A stretch of 64,000 nt of DNA from the human T2T-CHM13v2.0 reference genome, Homo sapiens. The stretch lies in NCBI RefSeq assembly GCF_009914755.1, contig NC_060938.1. One strand, written 5' to 3'. Shown here one piece after another: positions 58,396 through 64,000 of this stretch. Position 1 is the first letter of the stretch. Each line of letters starts with the position of its first letter. The translations under genes and the position numbers were made by a program. The notes beneath the pieces were generated by a model. It saw only the letters and a list, made by a program, of their open reading frames with translations, was not told where the DNA came from and made no database searches.

Positions 58396-60549
58396 TAAAG
58401 GTAACTTTCCCCATCATCATCATCCAGTTTATCATTTGACAAATAGCCCAATAACTCTTTTCTGTCACATCAATTCATGATTACCTGATATATCTGTTAA
58501 TCAGGTTTGGTTTTGTTTCAATACAACTGAGATAATTTAAAATATCCTATTCTAATGGCAGTCCTTGTAAATTTCCTATAGCATTTGGGTTTGGGCGATT
58601 TATAGCTAGAAAATGGCTTCAATTCTATGACAAATTCATTACTGCAACTCATTGAAACTAGTATGTCAGCTGACGCATCTAAATTAGAAGTGAACATTTG
58701 ATGTCTACGGTTTTTCCTAAGAAATATAACCTAGTAGGTTTTAAAATGTGGTTTTTTACATTGAAAAATTGAAGACAGAAAATTGTGTGTGATTTAATGA
58801 TAATTTGCAACATGCTAAAAATCCCTTTGAGATGAAAGATTTTGTTTTGTTTTGTTTGGGGAATATGAAAATAAGATTAAAGAGTATAACATTTTATGGT
58901 AATGTTGTAGCCAGGAGGGGAACATTAGCAATGGGAAAACTGAGGGAAGGAAAATCCCAAGTCAGTTTGAGAATTTAACATTATTAGTATACTGGACTGT
59001 GAAACAAGTATTTATCATGCACATAGTAGGTGCTTAATGAACTTTTGTGAAATAATGTTAAATGAAATTAATGAAACCAAATTATTTTTTCTTCTCTATT
59101 TCTTACCATTAGATCACTGTACTATTAATTATAATATTCTTTAAAGAGTGAGTAAACAAAAGGTTTAGAAAGAGAGAATCAAGGTATTTTAAAGCTAGAA
59201 GTCCTTCAGAAGTAGAAACTGAAGTCCAGGGAGGTTAACAGACATCAGTTTCCCTACATCAGTTTCCCATGACAGATGCCTACATCAGTTTCCCACGACT
59301 ATGACATTCAAACTTGGAAGAACTGACCAACAGCCCCTGCACATCCTACCACCCCATGATGGAGAAGAAAGAGTTACAGAGAAACTCAAGCCTGTCAATT
59401 CTGTGATTTGTTTGAGGGTCTAACAAAAGGTTGAGATGAGCAGGTGGATTCTGAGAAATGTAGACTTCAATTATTTAAGTCATAAATGTTTCCTATTATG
59501 ATGATGTTTAAACAGTTCATGACAGTAAAAAATACAGATGTTTTTGGCCATTAACAGAGTCACATTTTACAGTATTGCAGTATGAGGTTTTTGATATTTT
59601 TATCAAAAGATTGTATGACCAAATTGCCAGAAATCAGGCATTTTATAAAAAGAATGTACAATTCAGCTAAAGTGTTTTCATATATCCCCAACCTTAGGGC
59701 TATGAAAAGGGTTATGGTCATAGATTATATAGCTCTATTTTTTACTATGAAAATTTATATGCTGTCTAGATCTTTATTCTATTGAAACTGAACTGGAAAG
59801 GCCTTTAAATAAAATGGTTCCTTCAAAATTTACAGACTGTAATAGATCTGATTGATAAAGAGATTCAAAATCCCTTTTTAAGGGTACACCTGTGGGGAGA
59901 GAGAAAAAGGAAAGGCAAAGATCCTCCTTTACACGGTGGCTGTATCTATTTGTGTTTCCAATGTGGAGTCAGACTGTCTGGTCCAAGCCAAATTCCAGCA
60001 GTTAATGGGATCTTAGCTAAGTCACTCAGCTGCTTTGTACCTGTTGCCTCGTCAGTAAAATGGGAACAATCACAGTAGCCACCTCATGGGGTCGTTGTGC
60101 GGATCAAATGAGTTAAGGCAAGTAAAGCATTTAGAACAGGGCTTGGCACACAGTGAGCACTAGATATCAGCTAGCTATTTTTATCACTCCCTCACATCTA
60201 TTTACTCACTGGAATAGCCCCCCAGCTGGGCAGGATGTGATACCACTGTCATCTCTCAATTATTCACAGTGAAGAGGAGGGGTGGACCTTTCAAGATTAA
60301 TACCCATTTGTCTGTTGTCAAATATTCCTGAAGTCAAAAACCTTTTATGTTCTCCCACTTTCCCTAGGGTTAAGTCTAGACACCATAATAACAACATGAA
60401 TAAGCAGTGAGAGCTAGTTATGGGCCAGGCACAGTGTTTGACAGGCATTCGCTCGCTTAATCCTCCAAACAACTCTGGTGTAAGTTCTCTTAATACCTGC
60501 AGTTTATAAATGAAGAAACTAAGGCACAGAGAAGTTAAGTAACTTGCCC

Positions 60550-60864
60550 TGGAAATCCAAACTCCGAAATGCTCCAAAATCCGAAACTTTCTGAGTACCA
60601 ATATTACACCACGAGTGGAAAATTCCACACATAAGTATTTAAGACAAACTTCTTATGCACAAAACTATGAAAAATATTGTATAAAATTACCTTCAGGCTT
60701 TGTGTATAAGGTATATATGAAACTTAAATGAATTTTGTGTTTAGACTTGGGTCCCATTCTTATGTTATCTCATTATGATATGCAAATATTCCAAAATCTG
60801 AAAAAATAAAAAAATCTGAAACGTTTCTGGTCCCAAGCACTTTGGATAAGAGATACTCAACCTG
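60550..60864. mobile_element. Tigger4b-like element
   Basis: GCTCCAAAATCCGAAACTTT...GTGGAAAATTCCACAC...GGATAAGAGATACTCAACCTG. Confidence 0.75.
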
Positions 60865-61466
60865 TAGCTGGTTCTCCTCACCTTACCTCAATCCATCTTA
60901 TCGAAGGTATTGTTCTATGTAGGTATACAATGGAGATCAATTGTGAAGTATCTAGGATACTCAACTGCAAGTGGGAAAAGAGAGGGATTCCCTCAGCGGC
61001 AGGTTTGTTCTAGACTGGCTGAGCAGGAAGAGCCAACGTGTGAATGGCAATGAATTTCAGGGGTCAAAGGAGATCACTGAACTCAGGCTAAATCTAAGCT
61101 GGCACCAAAATCCCAGGGGAGCCAAGATAGTAGGCAAAACAACAGACTCTCTGGGCAATGGTAAAGCCTGGATCCAGTTGGTGCTCCAGATGACACATTT
61201 AGTGTAGAGTAAGAGCCAGCCCAGAGCTAGGGAAAAGACACAGTCCTGGCCTTTAAGACAGGAAGCTAGAGAAAGGGAGCTGATGTTTGAGATGAACCCT
61301 CATGCTAATCAGAAAAATGCATGCTGGGCTGGACAAACACTGTGGAGTTAAAGAGAAGGCTGAGTTGGGAAAACGGTCCCTAGGATCAGCCCAAATAGAG
61401 GCTATTCTTGCCACATTTTAATCCATTCTCCACACTACACTAGGAGAGATCATGTAAGTCTGATCA

Positions 61467-61777
<311 letters not shown>

Positions 61778-62390
61778 TGTCTGATCACCTCACTTCCCTA
61801 CATTTCGATGGCTTCCCGGTATCCTCAGGATAAAGTCTGAACTCTTACAAGACCCTCATCACCTGGCACTGCCTATCTCTCCAGTCTCATCACTCTGCAT
61901 TCATCTCTCGTTCCACCCACCCACTGAAAAAAACAGGTGTATTTGATAGTAGGCTAACTATGCGTAACAACTCTGTTATTCATGCTCTCCTGCTGACCTC
62001 TGCAGATGCACTCTGTCTAGAATATGCCCTCCCTCCTTCCCTGGCTAAGGCGAAGTCAGGCAAATGGAGACCATCCTCCAGGTCTCACGCCGGCTATCAC
62101 TTCTCTGATGTCAGCCTTGGTGCCCCCTCCCCAGTCTGCAGCAAGCGTTCTTCTTCTCCATAGTACTTTGTAGTCATCTTTCAGGATTAACCATCTTGGA
62201 TTCTAACCACCTACATCCTCAACTAGACTCTAAGCTCCTAAAGGGCAGAGCAGTTTCTATCTTGTTCATTTTCATACAATCCCAGTATCTGCAATGCAGA
62301 AGATTCTAACAAATATGTGTTTCCAAAACAAAGAAAGATATAAGCCTGAGAATAAAAGAGCACAGGGAAAGATCTCTCTTACAGTGATTA

Positions 62391-62820
<430 letters not shown>

Positions 62821-64000
62821 TGTCTAGAGAAGGTCTAAGTTTCGTCACTGAATGTTTACTTACAAAAAAATGGGTGTCTTAGGGTACTCATGTCACTTGG
62901 AGTGTTGCCAGCTTCACTCGGAAGACAGGAGAGTCGGACGGGTTTTTATATTGTGGGAAGAAGCAGGAAGAATGGCAGAGGAGGGAGAACGAAAAGATTC
63001 AGAAAAGTTAAGCTACTTCTATCTCTTTAGAATTAACATGAGCCTAATGATTGGAGGACAGGGTAAAAAAACAAAGAGCTAAATAAAGAGAACTGGAGAC
63101 AATGTAGTATAATATTCGGATGTACAAAGTACAAACTATAAAGTCTATTTTGTTTTAATAATTAACAAAGGTGCACCTAGTACACACACTATGGATCAGG
63201 CTTGGAGAAAACAGACAAATGAATCCAAGACTACTCATTTTGTGAGAGCTTAAAGCAAACAACTTTTAGCAGTATTTTAAAGCAAGCTAGTAAAATAAAT
63301 AGAAGTGAAGTCCAAGGGATTTAAACATGAAAATTTGGGGAAAAAAGAACTTCGCAAAGCAAAACAGACAAAATACAAGGCTAACCAAACAAAGGCTAAA
63401 TCAAATAAATAGGCATTGCCGTGTGCCCTGGAGAACTGCCAAGGAGAGTGAATTTCAACAAAGAATGCTTCTGCCACCAGTTAGGAAAACTTCAATTCCA
63501 GAAAGGCTGAAGGAATGCTGCAGGCACTGCCGAGTGACAAGGGGGGTTTGGGGGTGGAGAGGCAGTAGGTCAGACGTTATTTCAGACTATGCAGACAAAC
63601 ACGAGAACCTTCCTCAAGACAAGTAAAGGCAGCCCACTCCCTCCCAACGTGCTCCGCACACAGCTCCTTGTAAGAAACAAATCCAGGTCAAAGATGAGAA
63701 ATTTGCATCTTCAAGGACTGCCTGTAGCAGCCTTCTCTTCTCAATTTGCAGATAAAAAGACCCCTGTAAATACTTCTCAGCCACCATCCTAGTATCCACA
63801 GTCTTGAGATGAAACAAGTCCATGTAGCCCAAGCACAACAAAGCACCAGCAATCATTGTGTGAGCCTGGATGCTGGGAACAGAGTCCTGCGGCTTTGGGG
63901 CTAGAATTGCTGTAGATCAACCAAGTATTATTCTCTAGGTCAGAGCACAGTTCTCCATTCAGTTGTGGCCTGTAGTAGTCATGGCAATAGAAACCACCAC

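Overview
Primate (very probably human) non-coding DNA dominated by interspersed repeats: about 28 Alus, L1 fragments of several ages, MaLR/ERVL LTRs, DNA-transposon relics and MIR/L2 remnants. I found no supportable spliced protein-coding exon. The only gene-derived feature is a complete L1-mediated retrocopy of RAB42 mRNA (43962-45981, + strand) with an 18-bp target-site duplication (TSD), a poly(A) tail and an uninterrupted 216-aa ORF. From memory this matches RAB42P1 on 14q32.11 inside a long EFCAB11 intron; that placement is not verifiable here. Three retrotransposition structures stand out. (1) A THE1 provirus whose 5' R/U5/leader is replaced by a co-oriented 213-bp 18S rRNA fragment joined by microhomologies. 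(2) An L1PA insertion that appears to carry a short 3' transduction. (3) The open-frame RAB42 retrocopy, which has switch-II substitutions. I see no evidence of a wholly new multi-gene system. Repeat subfamily names come from recalled consensus sequences and need RepeatMasker/Dfam confirmation.
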